Shown: positions 1-8,659, counted from the stretch's first letter. The stretch: 35,952 nt of DNA from Candidatus Woesearchaeota archaeon (GCA_964534855.1 CAZHRM010000002.1:1-35952), one strand, 5' to 3'. The notes: generated from the letters alone by a model not told the origin. Translations and numbers: made by a program.

Positions 1-524
1 CTTTCTGCAATTTTTTGGATTACTTTTTCAATATCTTTTTTTTCTAAAAGTTTTAATCTGAAAATTGCGCATCTTGATTGGATTGGGTCAATGATTTTGC
101 TCGAATAATTACAGGATAAGATAAATCTGCATGTTGCTGAATAATTTTCCATGATTCTTCTTAGTGCCTGCTGTGCTTCAGGCGTCAGTGCATCAGCTTC
201 ATCCAAGAAGATTATTTTAAAATCCACATTTCCCAGAGATTTAGTTCTTGCGAAGTTTTTTACTTTTTCTCTTACAACATTAATTCCTCTTTCATCAGAA
301 GCATTTAATTCAAGAAAGTTCTTTTCCCAATTTTCTTTGAAAAGCTCTTTTATTACTATTAACGCTAAAGTTGATTTTCCTGTTCCTGCTGGTCCTGCGA
401 GTAATAGGTGGGGAATGTTCAATGAGTTTGTCAGCGCTTCAATTCTTTTTACAATATCATTCTGTCCAACAACTTCTGGGAATTGAGAAGGCCTGAATTT
501 CTCTGTCCAGATTTCGCTTGCCAT
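1..524 (-). CDS. rfcS: Replication factor C (clamp loader) small subunit, partial; the C-terminus lies beyond the window start
   Basis: Reverse-strand ORF with ATG at 524..522, absent from the supplied track because it runs off the edge. My translation is [25 protein letters not shown]...[13 protein letters not shown] (Walker A)...[11 protein letters not shown] (Walker B)...IQSRC (sensor 1), the typical RFC small-subunit order. Confidence 0.9.
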   Translation of the reverse strand, partial: MASEIWTEKFRPSQFPEVVGQNDIVKRIEALTNSLNIPHLLLAGPAGTGKSTLALIVIKELFKENWEKNFLELNASDERGINVVREKVKNFARTKSLGNVDFKIIFLDEADALTPEAQQALRRIMENYSATCRFILSCNYSSKIIDPIQSRCAIFRLKLLEKKDIEKVIQKIAE

Positions 525-546
525 GAAATATTAGAATTGAAATTGC

Positions 547-556
547 TTATAAATAT
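547..556 (-). promoter_or_regulatory. TATA-like box upstream of rfcS
   Basis: TTATAAATAT is centred about 27 nt upstream of the rfcS ATG (524). This spacing is typical of archaeal promoters driving leaderless mRNAs. Confidence 0.4.
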
Positions 557-576
557 TATTATTGTTGAGAAGCATT

Positions 577-966
577 TTATTTAATCACTTCACGTATTTC
601 ATCAATAAAAGGACCGTTCCTTCCCCGAATTATTCTTTCTATTGCACTTAATTTGTAATTAGAATGACTTTCTTTTGGAGTAGATTTCAGATTTTCTTCT
701 TGTTGAGTTGATTTCAATTCTTGATAAGATTCTTTTAAGGTTTGATAAACTCTTTTTCTCATTTCTATTTTATCTTTTAATTCTTCAACCTCTTCATTTG
801 CCTCTTCATAAATTTCTGAAACATCTGTTATTCCAGATTCCATAATCTGCTCTCCCGTCAGAACAAGTTCATTTATTGCACTTCTTAATAAACTAACATC
901 TTTTCTATTTCTTTTACCTTCATAATATTTTTTGAATAAATCATGAACATAGTCTACGAAAGTCAT
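577..966 (-). CDS. Hypothetical acidic coiled-coil protein (129 aa)
   Basis: Intact ORF co-oriented with its neighbours, with TTTTTATAGA about 27 nt upstream of the ATG. No family recognised. Confidence 0.5.
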   Translation of the reverse strand: MTFVDYVHDLFKKYYEGKRNRKDVSLLRSAINELVLTGEQIMESGITDVSEIYEEANEEVEELKDKIEMRKRVYQTLKESYQELKSTQQEENLKSTPKESHSNYKLSAIERIIRGRNGPFIDEIREVIK

Positions 967-1024
967 TTCCTAATAATATTCCCTTCATTTTTATAGATTA
1001 TTGTATTAGATAATATGTTTAGAA

Positions 1025-1141
1025 TTACTTGCTTCTAGCTCTTCGCAGTTTACGCTTACGCTTTTCTTTCCTAAGTCTTTTACGTTGCCATTTCCAACGC
1101 ATCTGCTTTTTTTTCTTCCATCTACGGCTTGAACGTTTCAT
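1025..1141 (-). CDS. rpl41e: Ribosomal protein L41e (38 aa)
   Basis: Short ORF not in the supplied track. My translation is MKRSSRRWKKKKQMRWKWQRKRLRKEKRKRKLRRARSK. The extremely basic RWKKK..MRWKW..KR..R pattern resembles archaeal/eukaryotic L41e as I recall it. It sits between nth and the next co-oriented gene. Confidence 0.7.
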   Translation of the reverse strand: MKRSSRRWKKKKQMRWKWQRKRLRKEKRKRKLRRARSK

Positions 1142-1181
1142 ATTTGAGAAAGAAAAAATTGATTTAAAAAGTTTGGGGTTT

Positions 1182-1838
1182 TTATCTGCTTCTTTTAACC
1201 CCAACTCTTTTACAATATCTTTTTATAGGGCACTTACTGCACCATGGAGAGACCGGCTGGCAGGTTGTTTTTCCAAATAAAACAAAAACACCATTAAATT
1301 CTTTCCAGTATCTTTTTGGAATTATCTTCTCAAGTTCTTTTTCTGTTTGTTCAGGTTTTTTTGTTTTAATCCATCCAAGCCTGTTTGGAATTCTGTGACA
1401 ATGAGTGTCAATTGGAAGAACAGGCTTATCAAATGCAAATCCCAAGACTATATTCGCTGTTTTTGGACCAATTCCTTTTATTTCCAAGAGCTCTTTTTTT
1501 GTGTCAGGAACTTTTCCATTGTAATTCTTAATTAGGACTTTTGAAACATGTTTTAATGTTTTTGCTTTCTTTTTGTAATGTCCTGAAGAAAAAATCAATT
1601 TTTCTAATTTCTTTGTTGGCAATTCAGCTATCTTTTTGGGAGTATCAGCAACAGCAAAAAGTTTTTTTGACGCTTTTTCTGTGTTTTTATCCTGGGTTCT
1701 TAGAGATAATAAACAAGAGATTAAAATTCTAAAAGCATTTGGCTTCTTCCTCATTTTATTCAAAGTAGTTCTTTCTTTAAAGTAAAAATGCTTTTCCAGG
1801 ATTTTTATTACTGAATTTATTTTTTCAGATTTTTTCAT
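1182..1838 (-). CDS. nth: Endonuclease III (HhH-GPD DNA glycosylase with 4Fe-4S loop)
   Basis: HhH motif LLEIKGIGPKTANIVL, catalytic D in PIDTH, and C-terminal CQPVSPWCSKCPIKRYC (Cx6Cx2Cx5C). The track start at 1871 overlaps the acs stop by 23 nt. The internal ATG at 1838 (MKKSEKINS...) gives a typical protein of about 218 aa, so I prefer it. Confidence 0.85.
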   Translation of the reverse strand: MKKSEKINSVIKILEKHFYFKERTTLNKMRKKPNAFRILISCLLSLRTQDKNTEKASKKLFAVADTPKKIAELPTKKLEKLIFSSGHYKKKAKTLKHVSKVLIKNYNGKVPDTKKELLEIKGIGPKTANIVLGFAFDKPVLPIDTHCHRIPNRLGWIKTKKPEQTEKELEKIIPKRYWKEFNGVFVLFGKTTCQPVSPWCSKCPIKRYCKRVGVKRSR

Positions 1839-1848
1839 CTTAGAAATT

Positions 1849-3783
1849 TTATGATTTAGTGTTTTCTTCAATAATCCTCTTTATTTCCTCAACAGATTCA
1901 GGATTAACTAAAGTTGTTAAACCTTTGGGTTCTTCTTTATCTAGAATGTCTTTTAAAATTCTTCTCATGATTTTTCCTGAGCGAGTTTTTGGAAGTTCTT
2001 CAACAAAATATATTCTTGCAGGTTTTGCAATAGGCCCTATTTTTTCGTCAACATTTTTTATAAGTTCTCTTTCAAGAGCTTTAGAGGGATTACCCTTCCT
2101 TAAAACAACAAATGCTATTGGAACCTGCCCTTTGATTTTGTCAGAAATTGGAACAACTGCAGATTCGTTTATTATGCTGCTCTCGTTAATTACATTTTCT
2201 AATTCTGCTGTTGATAATCTATGTCCTGCAACTTTCATAACATCATCTGTTCTCCCACTTATTCTAAATAATTCATTCTTCACAAAAGCACCGTCGCTGG
2301 TGTCATATTTGTTTTTGAATCTCTTCCAGTAAGTTTCTTTGTATTTTTTATCATTTCTGTAAATTCCATGAAGCAGGCCTGGAGCAAATGGACTTAATTG
2401 AGCCAAAAATCCTGTTTTTCCTTTTTTTATTTTCTTTCCTTTTTCATTAACAATAACATGCCTTGTGCCAGGAAAACTATTTCCAGCAACAGTCGGAACA
2501 AACGGGCCTATTCCTGGAAGGGCATTTATCAATGTTCCTCCTGTTTCTGTCTGCCACCATGTATCAATCACAGGGCATCTTGATTTCCCTATTTTTTTGA
2601 AATACCAATTCCATGCATCTTTGTCTATTGGTTCACCAACAGTTCCTAAAATTTTCAGGCTGTTTAACTTATGTCCTTTGAGGTATTTATCATCACATTT
2701 CATGAACATTCTAATCGCAGTCGGTGCTGTATAAAATACTGTTACTTTGTTTTTTTCAACAATTTTCCAGGGCCTGTTTGGGTTTGGGAAGTCAAAAGCA
2801 CCTTCATAAATTAGAGTTGTGTTTCCTGTTAATAATGGGCCATAAAAAGAATAAGTGTGCCCTGTTATCCAACCGATGTCAGCAGTGCACCATATAATAT
2901 CATCCTCGTGCAAATTAAAATCCCATTTAGTTGTCCAGTAAGCTTGCACAGCATATCCTCCTGTATCATGAACAATTCCCTTTGGTTTTCCAGTTGTTCC
3001 AGAAGTGTAAAGTATAAATAAAATATCTTCTGATTTCATAATCTCTGGCTTGCAGTAAGAATCTGCTTTTTCTATTTCTTTTTCAAATGACAGGTATTTG
3101 CCTCTGTATTTTTTGCTTTTCTTGATTCTGTTTACCATAATAATTTTTTTTACTTTTGTTTTTTTAATTGCTTCATCTACTTTCTCTTTTAGGTTCTCTA
3201 TCTTTCCTCTTCTGTAATATCCATCTGCGCTAATTAGAATTTTGGATTTTCCGTCTAATAACCTTGTTTTTAATGCATCTGTTGCAAAAGCAGAGAAAAC
3301 AACAGAATGAATTGCACCGATTCTTGCACAAGCCAGCATTGAAATTAATGCTTCTGGGATCAAAGGTAGATAAATCCCAACAACATCTCCTTTTTTTACA
3401 CCTAATTTTTTAAGGACATTTGCAAATTTATTTACTTTTTCATAGAGTTCTCTATAAGTTAGTTTGATTGCTTTTTCTTTTGTAGGTTCGGGAATCCATA
3501 TTAAAGCAGTTTTGTTTGCATTTTTTTCTAAATGCCTGTCAAGGCAGTTTGCTGAGAAGTTTAGTTTTCCATTAACAAACCATTTGAAATGTGGAAGTTT
3601 TTCTTCATATGTTTTTTTCCAAGGCTCTTCCCATTGAATTCCTTCTTTTGCTAATTTCTCCCAGAATTTAATAGGATTTTTGTCAGCCTCTTTGTAAATT
3701 TTTTTATCTTTAATCCAAGCAATTTTTTTCATTTCTTTGCTTGGCCAATACTTATCACCTTTTTTTATGATGTATTTTTTCAT
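1849..3783 (-). CDS. acs: Acetyl-CoA synthetase (AMP-forming)
   Basis: 644 aa with the ANL-superfamily motif YTSGTTGKPKG, WWQTETGG, and C-terminal LPKTRSGKIMRR. Length and motif order are typical of Acs. Confidence 0.9.
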   Translation of the reverse strand: MKKYIIKKGDKYWPSKEMKKIAWIKDKKIYKEADKNPIKFWEKLAKEGIQWEEPWKKTYEEKLPHFKWFVNGKLNFSANCLDRHLEKNANKTALIWIPEPTKEKAIKLTYRELYEKVNKFANVLKKLGVKKGDVVGIYLPLIPEALISMLACARIGAIHSVVFSAFATDALKTRLLDGKSKILISADGYYRRGKIENLKEKVDEAIKKTKVKKIIMVNRIKKSKKYRGKYLSFEKEIEKADSYCKPEIMKSEDILFILYTSGTTGKPKGIVHDTGGYAVQAYWTTKWDFNLHEDDIIWCTADIGWITGHTYSFYGPLLTGNTTLIYEGAFDFPNPNRPWKIVEKNKVTVFYTAPTAIRMFMKCDDKYLKGHKLNSLKILGTVGEPIDKDAWNWYFKKIGKSRCPVIDTWWQTETGGTLINALPGIGPFVPTVAGNSFPGTRHVIVNEKGKKIKKGKTGFLAQLSPFAPGLLHGIYRNDKKYKETYWKRFKNKYDTSDGAFVKNELFRISGRTDDVMKVAGHRLSTAELENVINESSIINESAVVPISDKIKGQVPIAFVVLRKGNPSKALERELIKNVDEKIGPIAKPARIYFVEELPKTRSGKIMRRILKDILDKEEPKGLTTLVNPESVEEIKRIIEENTKS

Positions 3784-4373
3784 TTCAAGAAATACTTCTT
3801 ATCTTTAATTCCTTTATTCCACAGCATTTTGGTGTAGCCAGTATTATCTATTTGCCCTGGTTTTATTTCTAATTCTTTTAGAACTTCTCTAATTTTTCTC
3901 TTTGCTTTTTCCATTTCATTTTTTTGACAGAGATATTCTATTTCCATGAAATAACCCAAATGTTTAACCTTGTTTATCTCTATTATAATTCTTCTATCTT
4001 TTTTGTGGACATAACTCTCAGAAGTTTTATGCTTTCTTATCCATTGGGTAAACCCTAAATCTTTGAATAATGCAAGCAAATCATCAACATGCTCTTGATT
4101 CTTTAGAGAAAACTCAAATTCCTGCTTGACAATAACATCTTTATCCCAATATTTTTTCAACCATTTCTTAAAATTAATTTCAAATTTGTCTGGTTTCTTT
4201 CTAATTCTAAATGCTTTTTTTGGATAAGCATGACGACGGAATTTTCTTTTAAGTGCAAAATAATCATCAACTCTCGTTTCTTTTTTTTTCAGTCTTGCAA
4301 TTCTCTGAATCTTCTTTCTTAGTCTATTTACATTATTAATTCTGACTTTAGTTTCAACTTCTAACCACACCAT
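3780..4373 (-). CDS. CYTH-domain protein (CyaB / triphosphate tunnel metalloenzyme family)
   Basis: N-terminal EVETK (the ExExK signature), then DDYF...AFRIRKK...QEFEF...LGYFMEIEY in the CyaB-like class IV cyclase/thiamine-triphosphatase order. Its stop overlaps the acs start as ATGA. Confidence 0.75.
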   Translation of the reverse strand: MVWLEVETKVRINNVNRLRKKIQRIARLKKKETRVDDYFALKRKFRRHAYPKKAFRIRKKPDKFEINFKKWLKKYWDKDVIVKQEFEFSLKNQEHVDDLLALFKDLGFTQWIRKHKTSESYVHKKDRRIIIEINKVKHLGYFMEIEYLCQKNEMEKAKRKIREVLKELEIKPGQIDNTGYTKMLWNKGIKDKKYFLK

Positions 4374-4468
4374 TTTATCACCACTTTATGTTTTAAAGAA
4401 AGAAAGACATTTTATAAATATTGTGAGGAGAAATGCCCCTCCAGATTTTGAAGTTAAAGTTGAACAAA

Positions 4469-4618
4469 TTACTTCTTTTTCTTTAAATCTAAAAAGTGCA
4501 GAAACCATAAGAAGTGAAGAAACAAAAGCAAGTTCCACTTACTTCCATTACTAAATCCTAGGATTCCAAGAAATCCTAAAAAACCTAAAAATCCGAGTTT
4601 CCATGTTTTTCTTTTCAT
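4469..4618 (-). CDS. Possible small membrane peptide (49 aa, GFLGFLGFLGILGF repeat)
   Basis: ORF below the track length cut-off. My translation is MKRKTWKLGFLGFLGFLGILGFSNGSKWNLLLFLHFLWFLHFLDLKKKK. It has a hydrophobic Gly-zipper-like core but no homology support. Confidence 0.3.
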   Translation of the reverse strand: MKRKTWKLGFLGFLGFLGILGFSNGSKWNLLLFLHFLWFLHFLDLKKKK

Positions 4619-4652
4619 TTTTTAAAGAAGCAAATAGGTTATATGGGGGTTG

Positions 4653-4663
4653 CGCCCACACCG
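4653..4663. repeat. GC-rich direct repeat, copy 1 (CGCCCACACCG)
   Basis: It recurs as CGCCCACGCCG at 5281..5291. A second shared block, GTAAGTTTAA, lies at 4693..4702 and 5291..5300. Together the copies bracket the DedA-like gene. Confidence 0.6.
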
Positions 4664-4697
4664 AACAGAACTACTTTGATACCATTTAATAAGTAAG

Positions 4698-4706
4698 TTT
4701 AAATAA
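4698..4706 (+). promoter_or_regulatory. TATA-like box upstream of the DedA/YqaA-like gene
   Basis: TTTAAATAA ends about 21 nt upstream of the ATG at 4727. Confidence 0.4.
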
Positions 4707-4726
4707 TTTAAATTAACTTCTTATAC

Positions 4727-5278
4727 ATGAACAAAAAAAAGGTGATAAGATTTTCAGTCTGGGCATTAAATCTATTAATTGTTTTTGCTTTCATATGGAG
4801 CATAATTAACTATAAAATTCTAGATCAAGAAGTTACAAGATTAATAATAACAGGTGGATTAATCGCAATGGTATTTTTTGTGATTATTTTAGAGGGTGCG
4901 CCGGTTTTTATAGGACCCAGTGTTGTTGTTGCAGCAATACTAACAATGAATGCTTTTAATCCTTGGCCCATTCTTTTATTATTTATCTCATCTGCAATAA
5001 TGGGGAATATTCTTTATTTTTATTTGGGTTATTTCTCTGGAGAAAAGATTATGAAATATTTTAATAAAAAAAATGTAAGGGAATACAAAGCTCTGTTTAA
5101 AAAATATGGAAGGCCTGCAATGCTAATCACGGCTATTTCTCCAATTCCCTATCTCCCAACATTAGCAGGTATTTTTAAAATGAATCCAAAACATTTCTTT
5201 TTAGAAATAATGCCTGTTAGAATAATTAGACACATAGTTGTTTTTCTTTTCTGGTTCTATATACTTATTGGATTTTAA
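4727..5278 (+). CDS. DedA/YqaA-type (VTT / SNARE-associated) membrane protein
   Basis: 183 aa and multi-TM. The LEGAPVFIGPS ... YFYLGYFSGEKI ... KYGRPAMLITAISPIPYLPTLAGIFKM pattern resembles the YqaA/DedA family. Confidence 0.6.
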   Translation: MNKKKVIRFSVWALNLLIVFAFIWSIINYKILDQEVTRLIITGGLIAMVFFVIILEGAPVFIGPSVVVAAILTMNAFNPWPILLLFISSAIMGNILYFYLGYFSGEKIMKYFNKKNVREYKALFKKYGRPAMLITAISPIPYLPTLAGIFKMNPKHFFLEIMPVRIIRHIVVFLFWFYILIGF

Positions 5279-5280
5279 AA

Positions 5281-5300
5281 CGCCCACGCCGTAAGTTTAA
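5281..5300. repeat. GC-rich direct repeat, copy 2 (CGCCCACGCCG fused to GTAAGTTTAA)
   Basis: See copy 1. It lies in the 22-nt convergent gap between the DedA-like stop (5278) and the ABC ATPase stop (5301). Confidence 0.6.
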
Positions 5301-5999
5301 TTATCCCTTTAATTTTTTATCACCCACAATCAAACCGTCTTTTAATTTTATAATTCTTGAAACATATTTAGTATGCCATGGTTCATGAGTAACCATCACA
5401 ATTGTTTGTCCAAACTTTTTATTGAGTCTTTTTAAAACTTCTAAGACTTGTTCAGATGTGTGGGTATCGAGATTTGCACAAGGTTCATCTGCAAACAGGA
5501 TTTTTGGCTTCTTGGCTATTGCTCTGGCAACAGCAATTCTTTGTTTTTCTCCACCAGAAAGCTGGTCTGGAATTCTGTTTAATTTGTCCCCTAATTCAAC
5601 TTTTTCTAATGCCTCTTTGGCAGTAATAAGAGATTCTTTTTTTGATTTCCCTTCCATAAGGGATAAGATATAAACATTTTCCGCTGCACTCATTTCATTA
5701 ATTAATGCATAATCTTGGAATACATAACCTAACTGTGTTAATCTATAATAACTTCTTTCTTCTTCTGGCAAATCAACTACATTGAGGTTGTTAATAGTAT
5801 ATTCTCCCTTAGTTGGTTTGTCAAGCAACCCAAGAATCCTTAACATTGTAGTTTTCCCACTTCCACTTGCACCCATAATAGCAATAAACTCCCCCCTTTT
5901 TATTTCAAATGAAACACCATTCAGAGCTTTAACTACAACTTCTCCTGTTTTATAATATCTTTTCAAATTCTTGATTTTGATTATTGTTTTTTCATCCAT
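5301..5999 (-). CDS. ABC transporter ATP-binding protein (MacB/LolD-like)
   Basis: Walker A GASGSGKTT, signature LSGGEKQRIAVARA, Walker B ILFADEP, and H-loop VTHE. Confidence 0.9.
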   Translation of the reverse strand: MDEKTIIKIKNLKRYYKTGEVVVKALNGVSFEIKRGEFIAIMGASGSGKTTMLRILGLLDKPTKGEYTINNLNVVDLPEEERSYYRLTQLGYVFQDYALINEMSAAENVYILSLMEGKSKKESLITAKEALEKVELGDKLNRIPDQLSGGEKQRIAVARAIAKKPKILFADEPCANLDTHTSEQVLEVLKRLNKKFGQTIVMVTHEPWHTKYVSRIIKLKDGLIVGDKKLKG

Positions 6000-6000
6000 T

Positions 6001-7209
6001 TTATCTCCCCCAAATTGCTTTTAATATACTCTCTTTTGAAACTCTCCAAGCAGGAAGTACTCCTGCAATAACTGACATGATAAGCATTGTAAAAATACTA
6101 TTAATTATCAATCCTATTTTAATTTCAGGAATAAGTTTTATATTCTCGTAAAATACCACAGGATTTGCCATAAAATAAAACATAAATGCAAAATACAAAA
6201 CCAATCCTGCAAGTATCCCCATTGATACATAGAACATGCTAATAAATGCGTAGGATATTACTATTGAAAGAGGAGATATACCCACTGCTTTTAAAATACC
6301 TATTTCTCTTTTTCTGTTTAAGACATTAATATAAATGATAATCAAAATTAATGCAGCCCCTATAATCAAACTAACATATTTTGAGACAACATCTATCATG
6401 CTTATACTTTGCATTGCCTGTCTGAGTAAGGAATCTGCTTTTTCTCCCCATGTAAAAACCTTTTCATTAACACCAGCACTAATTATTTTATCTTTTATTT
6501 TATCTTCTTCTCCCGGATTATCAATTCTTACAACAACGCTAGTTGCCTTGCTTCCTTCTAATTCATATACTGATTCAATTTCTTTATAATGAACTAAAGC
6601 ATTGAGGTCAATAAGTTCAAATGTGGCTTCCATGATGCCTTTAACTTTATAGGTTTTCTTTACTCCATTGCTGTATGTTACATCAACAAGCGAGCCTGCC
6701 TTTACCTCACCTAAATTATCATATATTTCTGATCCAAAACTTGTGCCTGCAATCATAGCGCCAATTATTATTTCATCACTAGATAACTTCCCTAAGAATT
6801 CTCCCTCGCTGATAATATAAGGATACCTTGAAACATCCATTTCTTCAGCAGGTATTAAACCAGTAGTTGTAACTCCTACAACTTTTTGTTTATATTGAAT
6901 AGAAGCTCCAACATCTAATCGTTTTGTTGCGGATCTTACACCTGGAACAGCTCTTACTTTTTGCAATACACTATCTGCATTATTTATATAGGGATTATCT
7001 CCACTTGGTTCAATAATAATGTCTCCATAACGATAATCTTGCATAAAACCAGTCATCATACCAGAAACACCTTGAATCATTGAAGGCAAAAACACTAAAT
7101 TCATAAAAATAAGAGCTAAAACAAAAATAATAAATGCTAAAGTTTTTTTGTTTCCTCTTTTTATAGAACTTGATGCACTAACAAATCCAACTTTAACGTC
7201 GTTAAACAT
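6001..7209 (-). CDS. ABC transporter permease, FtsX/MacB type
   Basis: 402 aa with an N-terminal TM, a large extracytoplasmic domain and a C-terminal three-TM FtsX-like block (REIGILKAVG). It ends 1 nt before the ATPase gene starts. Confidence 0.8.
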   Translation of the reverse strand: MFNDVKVGFVSASSSIKRGNKKTLAFIIFVLALIFMNLVFLPSMIQGVSGMMTGFMQDYRYGDIIIEPSGDNPYINNADSVLQKVRAVPGVRSATKRLDVGASIQYKQKVVGVTTTGLIPAEEMDVSRYPYIISEGEFLGKLSSDEIIIGAMIAGTSFGSEIYDNLGEVKAGSLVDVTYSNGVKKTYKVKGIMEATFELIDLNALVHYKEIESVYELEGSKATSVVVRIDNPGEEDKIKDKIISAGVNEKVFTWGEKADSLLRQAMQSISMIDVVSKYVSLIIGAALILIIIYINVLNRKREIGILKAVGISPLSIVISYAFISMFYVSMGILAGLVLYFAFMFYFMANPVVFYENIKLIPEIKIGLIINSIFTMLIMSVIAGVLPAWRVSKESILKAIWGR

Positions 7210-7300
7210 TTTTCACCTCTATTAATAATTTGAGAAGATAAGAATTTATAAGGTTATGTGAATTCCCTTTCAGAAGTCGAGGTTTATTTAATTTTTTGTT

Positions 7301-8119
7301 TTATTCAGCAGGAACACAAGTAGAATCTATAGATGCTAACAATTGCAAATCAGTCATTCTTCCATCAAGGTATCTTTCCATAGTATAATCATCAACTCCA
7401 AAACCACAAATATTTACATAATTATTTAAAGAAACTAAATAATACTCTTTATCAGGATACACTCCATGTAAAGCACCAAGACCGGCGCCGACTTGTGCTG
7501 CCACGTCTGTTTCTGTTTCTCCAATAGAAACCATTCCAACTGATACATAATCCCCAAAAATACCATCATATAAATCCTGCACCCTAATAACAGAATATCC
7601 ATATCCTTTAAGCACTAATTCAACAGCTAATTTATGTATTTCATCTTGCTCTGTTGCCGTGAGAGGTCTTTCCTCTTCAGCTGTTTCTGGAGTACAAGAT
7701 TGTGATGTGTTTGGTTTACTATCAGTTGCTTCACAATCATTCATATCTTCACACGTTCTTGTTTGTTTTCCAGCCGAACTACACTCTGACCAATCAGAAC
7801 ATTGCCAATTTGTGATGCAAATATTATTTTGTTGCTTATTAGATTCATTTGTAGATGTGTTAGAATTTGTAGATGTGTTAGAAATAGAGAGATTCATTGC
7901 TACCCCAAAAATTATTATTAATGCCACAACTTTAATCCAAGTAGCGATTTTTAGATTATACTTCTGGTTTAACCACCTATTAAATGGTGGGAGAACTAAA
8001 ACTCCGCCAATAATCATCAACAAGCCTCCAAAGATAGTATCTGTAAAAATCGGAAATGCAAATATTAAAAAAAATACGCTTGCAATCCACCAACCAATAT
8101 TCCTCTTTTCTTTTTTCAT
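7301..8119 (-). CDS. Membrane-anchored Cys-rich surface protein (272 aa)
   Basis: Two N-terminal TM helices, an S/T/N-rich linker, then a WQCSDWSECSSAGKQTRTCEDMNDC module. Confidence 0.6.
   Translation of the reverse strand: MKKEKRNIGWWIASVFFLIFAFPIFTDTIFGGLLMIIGGVLVLPPFNRWLNQKYNLKIATWIKVVALIIIFGVAMNLSISNTSTNSNTSTNESNKQQNNICITNWQCSDWSECSSAGKQTRTCEDMNDCEATDSKPNTSQSCTPETAEEERPLTATEQDEIHKLAVELVLKGYGYSVIRVQDLYDGIFGDYVSVGMVSIGETETDVAAQVGAGLGALHGVYPDKEYYLVSLNNYVNICGFGVDDYTMERYLDGRMTDLQLLASIDSTCVPAE
7848..7883. repeat. Perfect 2 x 18-nt tandem repeat (TTTGTAGATGTGTTAGAA) inside a CDS
   Basis: Units 7848..7865 and 7866..7883 are identical. They encode the duplicated SNTSTN linker of the 7301..8119 protein. 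Confidence 0.85.
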
Positions 8120-8145
8120 TGTTAATTGGATTAAGATAATCTAAT

Positions 8146-8601
8146 TTATAAATTATCCTTATTTTTAGTTATTATTTCAGTTAATTTATCTAGTAACTTA
8201 CTTACGCCGTTAATCTCATTTGTTTGGTAATTCGTTCCATGCTTTATTTTATTAGTAGCTTCATTAATCTTTTCTAAAATACAAACCTCTTCAGGAGTAA
8301 TTTCAGAATCTCCATTTTTCAATTCTGTTATGAAATATCCTATTGCATAAGTATCGTCGATTAATATTCCCTTCTTGTTTTTCTTGTTAATTTCTTCGCC
8401 TCTAATAAGCCACAAAGATTTTAATATTTTTTCTGTTCCACTTTGTAAATCCTTAAGTTGAGATTTTCTTTTATCATTTCCCATCCCTTTTGTTAACCCA
8501 TCTTTTGCACCAGAGCAATACTCACTACTTCCTCTTGCTTCCAAAATTCCATCAGAAAGAAGTTTCTCTATTTGTTCTTTATTTTTTGGTGCGTAAATCA
8601 T
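8146..8601 (-). CDS. Hypothetical cytoplasmic protein (151 aa)
   Basis: Intact ORF between two surface-protein genes in the same orientation. No signal peptide and no recognisable family. Confidence 0.5.
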   Translation of the reverse strand: MIYAPKNKEQIEKLLSDGILEARGSSEYCSGAKDGLTKGMGNDKRKSQLKDLQSGTEKILKSLWLIRGEEINKKNKKGILIDDTYAIGYFITELKNGDSEITPEEVCILEKINEATNKIKHGTNYQTNEINGVSKLLDKLTEIITKNKDNL

Positions 8602-8659
8602 TTTTTTGTGGAAAATCCGTATGGGGTATTCGAACTATAGTCCCAAATACAATTTCTCC

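Noticed and set aside
151-486. Plus-strand ORF of 111 aa from the track. Similar long antisense ORFs occur at 1859..2332, 7659..8144, 12954..13250, 16869..17318 and 22386..22778.
   Set aside because: Each lies entirely antisense to a gene with strong family motifs (rfcS, acs, the Cys-rich membrane protein, ORF 12705, pheS, ppsA). Their translations are low-complexity (S/F/L/I-rich) with no motifs, so I treat them as shadow ORFs.
4641-4670. GC-rich stretch GGGGGTTGCGCCCACACCGAAC as a tRNA fragment or other structured RNA.
   Set aside because: There is no T-loop (TTCGAA/TTCAAA) and no acceptor or anticodon stems. It is better explained as one copy of the direct repeat flanking the DedA-like gene.
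7848-7883. Tandem 18-nt repeat as a possible mini CRISPR or regulatory array.
   Set aside because: There are only two directly adjacent units with no spacers, both inside a reading frame, and they encode a duplicated SNTSTN linker. This is an ordinary coding tandem duplication.
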